DNA of 64,000 nt, from contig CAVVYR010000004.1 in the NCBI GenBank assembly GCA_963752475.1, positions 207,051 to 271,050 of the forward strand, read 5' to 3'. The notes below the pieces were generated by a model. The model had not been told where the DNA came from. It did not search any database and saw nothing but the letters and a program-made list of their open reading frames with translations. This document shows positions 51,401 to 62,143 of the stretch, piece by piece. Made by a program: the position numbers and the translations under genes. How positions within the stretch are numbered: position 1 is the stretch's first letter; the number at the start of each line of letters is the position of its first letter. This DNA is from an uncultured Chloroflexia bacterium. GTDB taxonomy: Bacteria; Chloroflexota; Limnocylindria; Limnocylindrales; CSP1-4.

Positions 51401-53683
51401 GACCTCGAACTCATCGCGGATTCGGCCCGTGCGGCGCAGGCGGAGCGTGAGGCACAGGATCGAAGCCAGCGCCGGCTGCGCGCCCTCGCCGGGGGCCTCG
51501 CCGCCGCCTTCGTCATCGCGCTCGTGGCCGGTGGGCTGGCGTTCGTCCAGCTGAACCGGGCCGACGACGAGGCCCAGGCCGCGCGGACCGCGCAGGAACG
51601 TGCCGAGCTCACCACGCTGCTTCTCGAGGCCAACGAGGCTGACCCCTCCACCGCGATCCTTCTGGCGCTCGAAGCCCAGCGCCGGGACCCCAGCAGCGAG
51701 ACGGACACGGCCCTGCTGAACGCCCTCACTCGCGCCGGCCCAGGTCGCGCGGCGGCTGCACACGAGGCACTGCCGGCGGACGACTGCACCAGTGCCTGGC
51801 CCGGCTGGGTCTCACGCGATGGGACCTCCCTGACCGCGGCGATCGACGGTGTCGCCGTCACCCGCGACCTCGACAGCGGTGAGGTCACGGAGCACTTCCC
51901 CATGCCCGACGAAGCTTGCGGCGACTGGCATGGCGACCCGGATACCGATATCCGCTACGCCGTGTCCGAGGGGCACGACCGCATCTGGATCGGCCCGTTC
52001 GAGGGCGAGTGGGAGCACGACGTTCGCCTCGACGGCAGGAGCTGGGTCAGCGGCGCCGACGGCCTCGCGGGATCCCGCCTGATCCTCGAGTCACCCGGCG
52101 GCATCACGCTCGTGGACACGACCACCGGGACGCGCGTCGGCGTGCCGCTGTTCGGCCTGGCCGAGGACCCGGTGGCAGCCCTCAGCGACGACGGATCGCT
52201 CGCCGCCATCTCGACACCCGCCGGATCGACCAAGGACCGCGCCGGGACCGTCAGCATCATCGATGCCATAGACGGTTCGGAGCTCCAGCGCACGCCGCTC
52301 GTCGGCGAGGTGACGGCGCTCCGGTTCCGCCCCGATGCGACGGGCTTGCTGGCCGGCACGTCCGACGGTCGCCTCGTCTCGATCGACACTGCGACCGGCG
52401 AGGTGAGGGCTGAAACGAAGATCGGCAACGCCTCGATCGCCCGCCTCGGCGCCGATGTCGACGGCAGCGCCATGGCCATGCTCGACAGCTCTCCTCCCAG
52501 AGTGGAGATCGTCGAGGAAGCGAGTGGGCGGAGCACGGCCTCGTTGGAGGTCGGCGGCATGATCGATGCTGCGCTGCGTGGCGACGGGACGCTCACCACG
52601 ATGGACGAGCAGCGGCGGGTCGACGTGCTGCGGCCGGCCGAGGGCATCCTCGAGGCGAACACGATCGACCTCTCCGGCGTCGAGGACCTCAGCAGCGACG
52701 ACTGGATCCAGATCGACGAAGGTCAGGCCAACATCGAGCGCTCACAGCGGCCCGAGCCGATCGCGGTCGACCTTGCGACCGGCGAGCAGCGGGTGATCGA
52801 GATGCCCACCCGGGATGGCGGCCGGTTCCCGGTCGCACGCGGGCCGTTCGTCTTCGCCGAGGGACACGCTGCCATCTCCACCGACCTCGAGGTCGGGCTC
52901 TGGCAGGACGGGCAGCTGATCGACCGGATCGACCTCGACGAGGACCCACTGGCCAGTTTCGATGGCTCCGACGACAACGGTTCGCGGGTGCTCGTGGGCG
53001 TCCGCGACGCGGAGGGCGCGCTCAGCTTCAACCTGCTCGAGCTCGGCAACGGCGCCGTCGAGCACGTGCTACAGGTCGAGTACCCGCACATCATCTGGCG
53101 CACGGAGCCGCTGGGTTCGGGTGAGCTGCTCGTGATGAACATCGATGGCCTCGCGCAGATCTATGGCGATGACGGCTCCGTGGTCGAGGAGTACACCGTC
53201 GGCATCGACCTGATGAGCGGGCCGACGGAGGTGGCCTGGGATGACGTCGGGCGTGGCGCGTTCTCGCGGCCGGATCCCAGCCGCGGAACGAGCCAGATCC
53301 AGGTCATCGAACGCGGCGGCGAGACGACCCACTCTTTCTCGGTGCCGGGGGAGATCGTCGGCCTGGGATTCGCAAGAGACGGCCAGATGCTCGTGCTCAA
53401 GGGGCTCGACGGCTCGGTCCGGCTCCATGATCTCGGGTCCGGCGTCACGAGCGAGCCCGTGTGGGACGGCTCGGACGCACCCTGGGGTGAGCCCTGGTAT
53501 GACGAGGCCACCGAGACGATGTGGCTGGCCTCGACCGACCGCCTGGCGCAACTGCACCTGAGCGGCGAGGGTTGGCGCGAGCTGGCCTGTCGTCGCGTCG
53601 GCCGAGAGCTCTCGGCGGAGGATTGGCAGCGCCTGGTTCCTGGCGACGGACCGCAGGTCGCCGCTTGTGAGGAGGACGCCTGA
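48472..53683 (+). CDS. SARP (wHTH-BTAD) - Ser/Thr kinase - nSTAND1-like NTPase - TM - beta-propeller receptor; one frameshift at ~50375
   Basis: QRRLLALL, YVSRLR, ALELWRGEP; VAIK, HRDV..AN, DFG, GTPAY.SPE; NPYLGL.AF, FFGRE, GPSGSGKSS, LLDQLEE, PLLQYTL, VAHEALLREWPRL; TM LAGGLAAAFVIALVAGGLAFV; C-terminus AC..VGR.LS..DW. Confidence 0.88.
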
Positions 53684-54771
53684 TGGGATCGACCCGATAC
53701 GCGGCGATCACGAGCGTCCTGACGCTGGCCCTGGCGTTCGGGCTCCCAGCTGACGCTGCCGCCGATGAGCACTCGACGAGCGATCTGCAGGAGCGGCTCG
53801 AAGCGTTCGTCGGCCTGGTGCCCGGATCGGCGGTGGTGGTCACCGTGCGTGACGGCGTCACGACCACGGCCGCCGCTGGCATCCTCGATGATCAGGGTGG
53901 CCCGGTCAGTGCAGAGACGCCCTTCCTGGTCGGGCCCTTGGGGGCGTCGATGACCACGGTCGTCGTGCTGCAGCTGGTGGACGAAGGGCGCATCGAGCTC
54001 GACGAGCGCGTGAAGGCCTACCTCCCCTCGGCGCCGGTAGCTGATGATGCGACCGTGCGCCAGCTACTGAACTGGCGTGCCGGCGCCCCCGACATCTACG
54101 GCCAGATCATCGATGGCACCATGCAGGACCCGAGCCACGGCTGGACTCGCCAGGAGTTGGTGGACCTCATCGATCCGTCCGTGGTGGGCGTGGCCGGCGA
54201 CATCTCCTGGACCCTCGCCCACGAACTCATCGCGGAACTGCTGGTCGAAGCGGTCGAGGAGAAGGACTTCGGGACCGTGCTGACGGAGCGCATCGCCGGG
54301 CCGTTGGGCCTCACGGGCACCTACGACATCGAGGGGGATGCGCCGTCCCCGCCCGACATCGCCGTCGGCTGGGGACTGGAAGTGGGGCTCGCCGGCGACC
54401 CGAACGTCGACCTCGCGGGTATGCGCACGCTGGACGGACGCACCTCCTCGGCGATCGACATGGCCACGTTCCTCGGTGCGCTGGCCGATGGGGATCTGCT
54501 CTCCGACGAGTCGACCGCTCTGGTCTTCGACGAGGACGCAGTGTTCTTCGGCATGGGCTTCGATGCCCACGACGAAGGCCTTGGCCACCTCGGCGATCTG
54601 GGGACGCGCTACTACCTCAGCAACGGCAACGTCCTCTCCGGCTATGCCGCCAGCCTCGCTGTCTCACCGGAGACCGGCGACATCATCGTGGTGCTCACGA
54701 GCAACCAGGACCTCCCGACCTGGGAGTTCCTGCACGAGACCGTCAGCGCCTGGGCCCCCGACACCGAGTAG
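53683..54771 (+). CDS. Secreted beta-lactamase-fold protein lacking catalytic motifs (pseudo-hydrolase)
   Basis: Aligns by eye with the 46004 hydrolase, but GPLGAS replaces GSISKS and WTL replaces YSN; TGATG overlap with the receptor. Confidence 0.8.
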   Translation: MGSTRYAAITSVLTLALAFGLPADAAADEHSTSDLQERLEAFVGLVPGSAVVVTVRDGVTTTAAAGILDDQGGPVSAETPFLVGPLGASMTTVVVLQLVDEGRIELDERVKAYLPSAPVADDATVRQLLNWRAGAPDIYGQIIDGTMQDPSHGWTRQELVDLIDPSVVGVAGDISWTLAHELIAELLVEAVEEKDFGTVLTERIAGPLGLTGTYDIEGDAPSPPDIAVGWGLEVGLAGDPNVDLAGMRTLDGRTSSAIDMATFLGALADGDLLSDESTALVFDEDAVFFGMGFDAHDEGLGHLGDLGTRYYLSNGNVLSGYAASLAVSPETGDIIVVLTSNQDLPTWEFLHETVSAWAPDTE

Positions 54772-54871
54772 CTCGGCATCTGCCTCTCGTCGCCGGCGGC
54801 GGCTACGACGGCGAGCGGCCTCGCGCGACCAGGCCGGACGCGCGAGGCTCGATGGCCGGTGCTGACGGAAA

Positions 54872-56104
54872 CTAGTTCGCACGTGCCAGGAACGAGTTGT
54901 CGGTCGAGACCTCCAGGCGGACGCTGAGGTCCATCTCGACGCCACCGCGCACGACCGTGAAGTCAAGCACGTCGCCCGCCTGAGCCCCATAGGTCACCAG
55001 CTCGGTGATATCGCCGACCTCGTCGACGGACACACCGTCGATGGCCACGATGACGTCACCGGGAGCCGGGAACTCGAAGCCGTCGTCGAGCGTCAAGATC
55101 TCATCACTGCCGCGCAGCCCAGCCTTGTCGGCCACACTGCCGGGCTGGACGTCGATGACGGCCACGCCCTCATCCGGCAGGCCGCGTTCCGCGCGAACGT
55201 CGGCCGGCACCAGATCGATCGACTGGGCGGAGATTCCCAGGCGGGGACGTGTGCTGCTGATGTCGCTGACGCCACCGTCCTCGAGATTGGCCAGCGACTC
55301 CACGAGGAGGTTGCTGGGGACCGCGAAGCCGAGGCCGGCAAAGGAGCGACCCTGCGGGTTGATGAGCGCGGTGTTGATCCCGATGAGCCGTCCGGCCGAG
55401 TCGAGCAGCGGCCCGCCGGAGTTGCCGGGGTTGATGGCGGCGTCGGTCTGGATCATGGGCACGGGCACCTCGCCGATGGTGGGCACGAAGCGCTCGAGCG
55501 CACTGACGATGCCGCTCGTGACCGTCGACGCCAGGCCGAAGGGGTTGCCGATGGCGATCGTCTTCTGCCCGACCGCGAGGTCGCTCGAATCGGCGATGAC
55601 GAGGGGCGGCGCGTCCGGCAGCTGCGAGGCATCGAGGGCCTGCAGCAGCGCAAGGTCGAAGGAGGGGTTCACGCCCACGACGGCGACCGCGATCGCGTCT
55701 TCGCTCTGGGGGAACGTGACCGTGACTTCGGCACCATCGACGAACTCGGCCGACGCGGGCTCGAGAGCGGACTCGACGACGTGGTAGTTGGTGATGAGGA
55801 AGGGGTCGTCGTCGTATTCGATGAGGAAGCCGCTGCCGCTGCCCTGCGGGATGGGCTCGTCGGAATCCACGAACTGAGCGAACGGCGCCGATGGGTCGAC
55901 GGGCAGGGCGATGCTCACGGCCACGACGCTGTCACCCATGGCGTCGATGACGTCGATGGTGTTGCGTTCGTTGGCCAGCAGCGCGCTGGTCTCATCGAAG
56001 GCCGGGGTGTCTTGGGCGAGGACGGCCGGTCCAAGGCCGACCGCCGCTGTGGCGAGAACCACGGTGGCCGATGCCACCGCGAACTGGCGCTTGGAGCGAC
56101 GCAT
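54872..56104 (-). CDS. HtrA/DegP-like trypsin serine protease with PDZ domain
   Basis: GSGSGF, TNYHVV, DLALL, IQTDAAINPGNSGGPL, PDZ; signal peptide. Confidence 0.92.
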   Translation of the reverse strand: MRRSKRQFAVASATVVLATAAVGLGPAVLAQDTPAFDETSALLANERNTIDVIDAMGDSVVAVSIALPVDPSAPFAQFVDSDEPIPQGSGSGFLIEYDDDPFLITNYHVVESALEPASAEFVDGAEVTVTFPQSEDAIAVAVVGVNPSFDLALLQALDASQLPDAPPLVIADSSDLAVGQKTIAIGNPFGLASTVTSGIVSALERFVPTIGEVPVPMIQTDAAINPGNSGGPLLDSAGRLIGINTALINPQGRSFAGLGFAVPSNLLVESLANLEDGGVSDISSTRPRLGISAQSIDLVPADVRAERGLPDEGVAVIDVQPGSVADKAGLRGSDEILTLDDGFEFPAPGDVIVAIDGVSVDEVGDITELVTYGAQAGDVLDFTVVRGGVEMDLSVRLEVSTDNSFLARAN

Positions 56105-56685
56105 GAGGAAGTCCTTTCTGAACAGTGACTTTGGTTGATTGAGCAACTGTCCATAGTTTGTATAGCGTTTGTGACGTCATGGTGACAGGTCGCCCACGGT
56201 CTGGCAAGTGGCGTCCACCCGATCGTGGAACGGTGCCCTCCGACAGGGATGTGTGGTCGGCCAAGCGACGACGCCGGCTGTGTCGCAGCCCACGTTCGGT
56301 CGCTCGGTCATCACCAGGCCGCGGTGGTGTTCACGCTCCGCGACGCCGCCGGGCATGAGCACTTTCTTGTCGCGTCTCAGGCGGACGCGACATCCCGGCT
56401 CGCGTGACGGCGACGGACGAAACGGTCTCGGCCCACGACAGCGTCCAGGTGACTCGACCGGTCACATTCGCCGGCCGCGCGGCAAACCCGGCGATGTCAG
56501 CCGTTGGGCCGCAGAGGACGCCTGAGCACGACCGGTGGCGCGCGCGTAAACGATGTCACCGGTGGTTCCGTGAGAGACAGTTCGGCTGGGATCCGGCGAT
56601 GCGTGGAGTCAGCGCCGATCGACCGACCGGCTGCATCCCTGACTCGGCCGTGGTCGGCATCGTGATCACGGGAGGGCTGGGGCTG

Positions 56686-57576
56686 TCAGAGCTCTAGCGT
56701 GAGCCCATCTGCCCGCAGCTTCTGGGCGCGCCCGCTATCTCGTGCTGGCTGGGTATCGAGGACCCAGGATCCTGCGGCCCGGGCCTCGATGAAGCGCTCG
56801 GTCGTCATCGCGTTCGGCTCCGGTGGCATGAGGTGGCGTGGACCTCGGCGGTTGAGCGGCGCCATCCGCCCGTAGTAGGCCGGGTAGAGCGTCCGGCCCG
56901 CAGTCAGCTCGGCGTCGAACGCTTCGAGGTCGTCCGCGGCGAACGCCGGGTTCCATCGCTTGAGGGTGCCGATGGTGGCGAGGCCACCGATGTCGACGTC
57001 GCCGGCCACACAGAAGGAGCCCGCGCCGTGCGTGGGATAGACGATGACATCGTCGGGCAGCTCGGCCAGCCGACGCATCGTGTCGAACTGTGCCCTGGTC
57101 ATCTCGAAGATGCGGGCGCGTCCGAGCAGATCCGTCCGACCGACCCCACCGATGAGCAGCGAGCCGCCCGAAAAGAGCGCGGTCGGCATGCCCGCGGCGT
57201 CCTGCAGCTCCCAGCTCAGATGCTCCGGTGTGTGCCCCGGCGTGGCTCTCGCGACCAGACCGCCGCCAGCGACGTCGACTTCGTAGCCTTCGCCCGCCGG
57301 GACGTGCCCGAAGGCGTAGCCGCCGCGACCCGGCGCCACGATCCGCGTGCCATGCGCCGACTCCAGCTGGCGCGCTCCGGAGAGGTAGTCGTTGTGCACG
57401 TGGGTCTCGAGCGCCTGCGTGATGCGCCACCCGTGGTCCTGTGCGATCTCGGCGAGGCGCCAGGCATCGCGCGGAACGTCGATGACCACCGCCTCGGCGC
57501 CGGCGCCCACGAGGTAGGTGCTGTTGCCCAGCCCTGGCGTCGGGACGACCACGACCTCGGGTCCGCGTTGGTTCAT
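56686..57576 (-). CDS. MBL-fold hydrolase (persulfide dioxygenase/rhodanese-fusion type); rhodanese part appears truncated
   Basis: ETHVHNDYLSG, TPGHTPEH, VGRTDL, YPTHGAGSFC, PAYY.RM..LN. Confidence 0.85.
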   Translation of the reverse strand: MNQRGPEVVVVPTPGLGNSTYLVGAGAEAVVIDVPRDAWRLAEIAQDHGWRITQALETHVHNDYLSGARQLESAHGTRIVAPGRGGYAFGHVPAGEGYEVDVAGGGLVARATPGHTPEHLSWELQDAAGMPTALFSGGSLLIGGVGRTDLLGRARIFEMTRAQFDTMRRLAELPDDVIVYPTHGAGSFCVAGDVDIGGLATIGTLKRWNPAFAADDLEAFDAELTAGRTLYPAYYGRMAPLNRRGPRHLMPPEPNAMTTERFIEARAAGSWVLDTQPARDSGRAQKLRADGLTLEL

Positions 57577-57657
57577 GGGCTCGGAAGGCTAGCAGCCAAC
57601 GCCGGCGCGGGCCACCCGACCACGGCCGAAGGCCCCGCAGCACCCACGCGGTGGCAA

Positions 57658-58554
57658 CTAGCGTCGCCCGAGGCGAACCTCCACCAGTGGCGCCAGCGCC
57701 GCGCCGTGCCCGGCCTCGAGATACCGACGTGCGAACTCGAGCATGCGTGGTTCGGCTCGCAACGCGGCATCGAGCATCGGCTCAGCCTCGGCCTCCCGGC
57801 CGCTACCCAGCAGCGCCATCGCGTGCCAGAAGCTGATGCGGGGATCCTCGGGCGCGAGCGCGTAGGCCTCAGTCGTGCGCTCGAGCATGGCCTCGAGGTC
57901 GCCGGCTTTGCCCGCGCCGAAGGCGGCATCGAAGGCCTCGAACGCGCGCGAAACACGCAGAAGCTCGGCCAACTCGTCGAGCGGCGCCCGCGAGAGGTCC
58001 ACGCGCATGTCGTAGCGTCGGATCCAGGGTTTGGCCGCCGGTGCGCCAGGGGCCACCAGCAGCGCGGCTGAGCGTGCGCCACGCATGTCGCCGCCCTCAC
58101 GCTCGGCGGCCCTGAGCGCTTCGAGCAGACGGTCAGCCAGCTCCCCCTGGGTCGTCTCGAAGGCGACCTGCATGGCGAGCCAGACGTCCGGCCGTTCGAC
58201 CATGTTGGCCTGGGCGCTGAGGCCAGAGCCGGTGACGTGCCCGGCATACGGGACGCAGTCACGGCCGGTGTAGGCCGCAGCGGTTCCACTGATGTCGACC
58301 AGGCCGATCTGGCGGACCTCGCGGCTGGGATCGGCCTCGACCAGCGCACGCAACGCGGCCGGAGCCGGCTCGCCGCCACGCAGGCGCTCGAGGGCCAGCG
58401 GCCCCAGATCCATGTTCGTGAACGATTGAGTGGCAACCGCCCCCACGCCCGGCTCGACCCACGGGACCATGGCCCCGACCGATGGGCCGCCGGTGGCGAC
58501 CGCGACGCCGAACTCGCCGGTCTCGGGATCGTAGGCCACGATGGAATAGGTCAC
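57658..58554 (-). CDS. DUF1028 family (Ntn-like) protein with C-terminal TPR-like helices
   Basis: TYSIVA.DP.TG.FGVAV, GAVATQS, RQIG.VD, GGD.RG.RSAAL, RVD....P..EL. Confidence 0.88.
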   Translation of the reverse strand: MTYSIVAYDPETGEFGVAVATGGPSVGAMVPWVEPGVGAVATQSFTNMDLGPLALERLRGGEPAPAALRALVEADPSREVRQIGLVDISGTAAAYTGRDCVPYAGHVTGSGLSAQANMVERPDVWLAMQVAFETTQGELADRLLEALRAAEREGGDMRGARSAALLVAPGAPAAKPWIRRYDMRVDLSRAPLDELAELLRVSRAFEAFDAAFGAGKAGDLEAMLERTTEAYALAPEDPRISFWHAMALLGSGREAEAEPMLDAALRAEPRMLEFARRYLEAGHGAALAPLVEVRLGRR

Positions 58555-58760
58555 CGGTCGCCGAACTTCAGGTACATGTTTCCAGCATAGTCACGAGCAC
58601 GTGCCGAGGAGCGGCGTGGGATCACGGCGGGGCACGCGCAGTGAGCAGCCGCTGCTAGGCTTGTCTGTGCCGACCACCCATCGTGGCCGTCATCGGCGCC
58701 CTGCCCCAACGGGCGTGCGTGATGGCGAAGGCGACGCAACAACCGAGGAGGACAACCATC

Positions 58761-60257
58761 GTGGAACTGCGCAAACGCCTGGCCCTGCCGCTCGCAGCGG
58801 TCTTCGCTCTTGGCCTACCGGCCGCAGCCGTCGCCCAGGATGGCGGCGGCGGCACGCTCGTCGCGGCCACCCCCGCCGAGCCGGACCAGCTCGACCCCCA
58901 CATCACCTCCGCCTACACCAGCTTCCAGGTCCTCGAGAACGTGTTCGACACGCTCGTCGAGCCCGACGACAGCCTGCAGATGGTGCCGGCGCTGGCCGAG
59001 TCGTGGGAGATCAGCGAGGACGGCCTGGTCTACACCTTCGACATGCGTGACGGCGTCACCTGGCACGACGGCTCAGCGCTCGTCGCGGGCGACGTGGTCT
59101 ACAGCTACGACCGCTGGCTCACGAACAACGGCTGGCGCTTCGGCGCGGTGACCGATGTCTCCGCTCCGGATGACGACACCGTCGTCTTCACGCTCAGCGC
59201 GCCCACGCCGAACTTCCTGGCCAACCTGGGTGCCTTCAAGGGCATGGCCGTGGTGCAGCCGGCCAACGTCGAGTCCGGCGACATCCAGACCGCGCCGGTC
59301 GGCACCGGCCCCTTCAAGGTCGGCGCCTGGAACATCGGCGACTCGGTCGAGCTCGTGCGCAACGACGACTACTGGGGCGAGGTGCCCGCGCTCGACGGCG
59401 TGACCTATCGCTTCATCCCCGACCCGACCGTGGCGCTGACCAGCCTGCAGGCCGGTGAGATCGACTGGACCAGCAACCTGCCGGTGCAGCAGATCAGCAA
59501 CCTCAAGGACAGCACCGACATCGTCGTCGAGTCCGTTCCCAGCAACGACTACTTCTACTTCGCCCAGAACCAGGCCCGCGAGCCCTACAGCGACGTTCGC
59601 GTCCGCCAGGCGCTGGCCTGGGCCATCGACCGCGACGCCATCGTGCAGGCCGCGTGGTTCGGCAACGCGGCGGCCAACCAGACCGCCATCCCCTCGACCA
59701 GCGGCTGGTACTACGACTACGCGCCCTACAGCCGTGACCTGGAAACGGCCGCCGCGCTGCTCGAGGAGGCCGGCGTGAGCGACCTCGAGGTCGACCTCAT
59801 GGTCGTCTCCACCGAGACCGCGGCCGTCACCGCGGCGCAGGTCATCGCGGCCAACCTCGCCGACATCGGCGTGACCGTCAACATCCGCCAGCTCGACAGC
59901 ACCACGTGGATCGCCGAACAGGGTGCGGGCAACTTCGACATCTTCATGTGGTCCTGGATCGGCAACCTCGATCCCAGCGACTTCTACTACGCCCAGCACC
60001 ACAGCAGCGGCGACTTCAACGCCCAGAGCTACAGCAATCCGGACGTCGACGCGGCGCTCGACGCCGCGGCCGTGGAGACGGACCCTGACGCCCGCAAGGC
60101 GCTCTACGACGAGGCGGCCACGATGATCGTGGACGACGCCAGCTACGTCTACCTGGCCAACCCCGACGAAACGCAGGGCTTCAGCCCCCGCGTGGAGGGC
60201 TACACCGTCCGCGGCGACGCGGCCATCCGCTTCAAGGGCGCGAGCCTGGCGGAGTAG
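58761..60257 (+). CDS. Peptide/nickel ABC transporter substrate-binding protein (family 5)
   Basis: LDPH, PALAESW, WHDG, PVGTGPF, VRQAL..AIDR; RBS GAGGAGG. Confidence 0.92.
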   Translation: MELRKRLALPLAAVFALGLPAAAVAQDGGGGTLVAATPAEPDQLDPHITSAYTSFQVLENVFDTLVEPDDSLQMVPALAESWEISEDGLVYTFDMRDGVTWHDGSALVAGDVVYSYDRWLTNNGWRFGAVTDVSAPDDDTVVFTLSAPTPNFLANLGAFKGMAVVQPANVESGDIQTAPVGTGPFKVGAWNIGDSVELVRNDDYWGEVPALDGVTYRFIPDPTVALTSLQAGEIDWTSNLPVQQISNLKDSTDIVVESVPSNDYFYFAQNQAREPYSDVRVRQALAWAIDRDAIVQAAWFGNAAANQTAIPSTSGWYYDYAPYSRDLETAAALLEEAGVSDLEVDLMVVSTETAAVTAAQVIAANLADIGVTVNIRQLDSTTWIAEQGAGNFDIFMWSWIGNLDPSDFYYAQHHSSGDFNAQSYSNPDVDAALDAAAVETDPDARKALYDEAATMIVDDASYVYLANPDETQGFSPRVEGYTVRGDAAIRFKGASLAE

Positions 60258-60278
60258 CCGCCAGAGCCTCCGGCTCAC

Positions 60279-61223
60279 ATGCTTCGATATCTGCTCCGGC
60301 GGGCCGTCCAGGCACTGGTCGTGCTCGTCGGAGCGGCCGTTCTCGTCTTCTTCCTGCTCCAGCTGGTCCCTGGTGACCCGGTGCGGGCGGCGATGGGGAC
60401 ACGCTTCAACCCCGAGGCCTACGCGGAGATGATCGCAGCGGCCGGTCTCGACCGTCCGCTGCACGAGCAGCTCATCAACTACCTCGCCGGCGCCGCCACC
60501 GGCGACTTCGGGGTCAGCTTCCGTAACGGCGAGAGCGTCTTCGAGCTCGTCGTCGGGCGCATGCCGGCGACGATCTCGCTGGCCGTTGCGGCCCTCGTCA
60601 TCGCCCTGGCCATCTCGTTCCCCCTGGGCATCCTGTCGGCCATGCGCCGCGGCACGCTGGTCGACCACGCGGCGCGGCTGGGCAGCCAGGTCGGCATCTC
60701 GGTGCCCGACTTCTGGCTGGGCATCCTGCTCATCCTGCTCTTCACCAGTGCCCTCGGGCTGCTGCCGCCGTCCGGCTACGCCCCACTGACCGAGGACCCC
60801 CTCGAGTGGCTGCGCCACGTGATCATGCCCGCGCTCGCGGTTGGCCTCATCTCCGGCTCGATCCTGACCCGCTTCATCCGCTCGGCTACGCTCGAGTCCA
60901 ACGACCAGGACTTCGCACGCACCGCGCGGGCCAAGGGCCTTTACGAATCGAAGGTCATGCGCGACCACGTCCTGCGCAACGCGATGGTGCCGATCATCAC
61001 GGTGGCAGGCATCCAGCTGGCCTCTCTACTCGGCGGAGTCATCGTGGTCGAGGTGCTGTTCGCCTGGCCAGGCCTGGGCCGTCTGACCTATGACGCGGTG
61101 CTGGCACGCGACTACACCGTGGTCCAGGGCGCGGTCCTGCTGGTGGCCGCCATCTTCCTCGTGGCCAACCTCGTGGTCGACCTGCTCTACGCCCTCATCG
61201 ATCCCAGGATCCGCTACCGATGA
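60279..61223 (+). CDS. Peptide ABC transporter permease (DppB/OppB-like)
   Basis: PGDP, PDFWLG, TARAKGL, HVLRNA, FAWPGLG, DPRIR. Confidence 0.92.
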   Translation: MLRYLLRRAVQALVVLVGAAVLVFFLLQLVPGDPVRAAMGTRFNPEAYAEMIAAAGLDRPLHEQLINYLAGAATGDFGVSFRNGESVFELVVGRMPATISLAVAALVIALAISFPLGILSAMRRGTLVDHAARLGSQVGISVPDFWLGILLILLFTSALGLLPPSGYAPLTEDPLEWLRHVIMPALAVGLISGSILTRFIRSATLESNDQDFARTARAKGLYESKVMRDHVLRNAMVPIITVAGIQLASLLGGVIVVEVLFAWPGLGRLTYDAVLARDYTVVQGAVLLVAAIFLVANLVVDLLYALIDPRIRYR

Positions 61224-62139
61224 CGACGACGACTGGCCCGGCCGAGCCCGCGGCCGAGATGCAGGAACCACCCGAAAAGAGTCAACGGTTCGCCCAGCTC
61301 ACTGCGCTCTTCGACAGCAAGGTCACCATCGCCGCGGCCGGCTTCATCGTCCTCATCCTCGTGCTCGCGGCCGTGGGCGAGGCCATCGCGCCCTTTGGCG
61401 CGAACGAGATCAACGTCATGAACCAGCTGCAGCCGCCGAGCCTCACGCACTGGTTCGGCACGGACGACCTGGGTCGCGACGTCTTCAGCCGCGTCATCAT
61501 CGCGACGCGTCCGTCGGTCATGGTCAGCGTCGTCAGCGTCTCGCTGGCGCTCGTCGCGGGCGTATCGATCGGCCTCTTCTCTGGCTTCTTCGGCGGCTGG
61601 GTCGATGTCACGGGTATGCGCATGATGGATGTCGTCTTCAGCTTCCCGGTGATGCTGCTGGCGCTGGCGATCGTGGCCATGCTCGGTCCCGGCATCGTCC
61701 CAGCCATGCTCGCCATCGCCGTGGTCTACACGCCGTTCTTCGCGCGTATCACCCGCGCCAGCGTGCTCACCGTGCGTGAGGAGACGTACATCAAGGCGGC
61801 GCGCTCGATCGGGGCCAGCAACCTGCGCATCATGCGCCTCCACGTGCTGCCCAACATCATGGCCGCGATCATCGTCCAGACCTCGCTCAGCCTGGCCTTC
61901 GCCATCCTCACTGAGGCAGCGCTCTCGTTCCTGGGCCTTGGCGTACAGCCTCCTACCCCCTCGTGGGGCCGCATGCTCTTCGATGGCCGCGGCTTCCTGT
62001 CCGATGCCTGGTGGATGGCCGTCTTCCCGGGTGCGGCCATCTTCCTCACGGTGCTGGCGCTGAACCTCGTCGGTGACGCCATGCGCGACGCGCTGGACCC
62101 GCGCCAGCGCTCAGCCATCGAATCGCGGCGAGGCAACCT

Positions 62140-62143
<4 letters not shown>
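61220..62143 (+). CDS. Peptide ABC transporter permease (DppC/OppC-like)
   Basis: HWFGTDDLGRD, AARSIGAS, HVLPN, LSFLGLG, GDA.RDALDP. Confidence 0.92.

Noticed and set aside
56150-56690. Short ORFs upstream of the HtrA gene
   Set aside because: No RBS or recognisable motif; probably regulatory or intergenic DNA.
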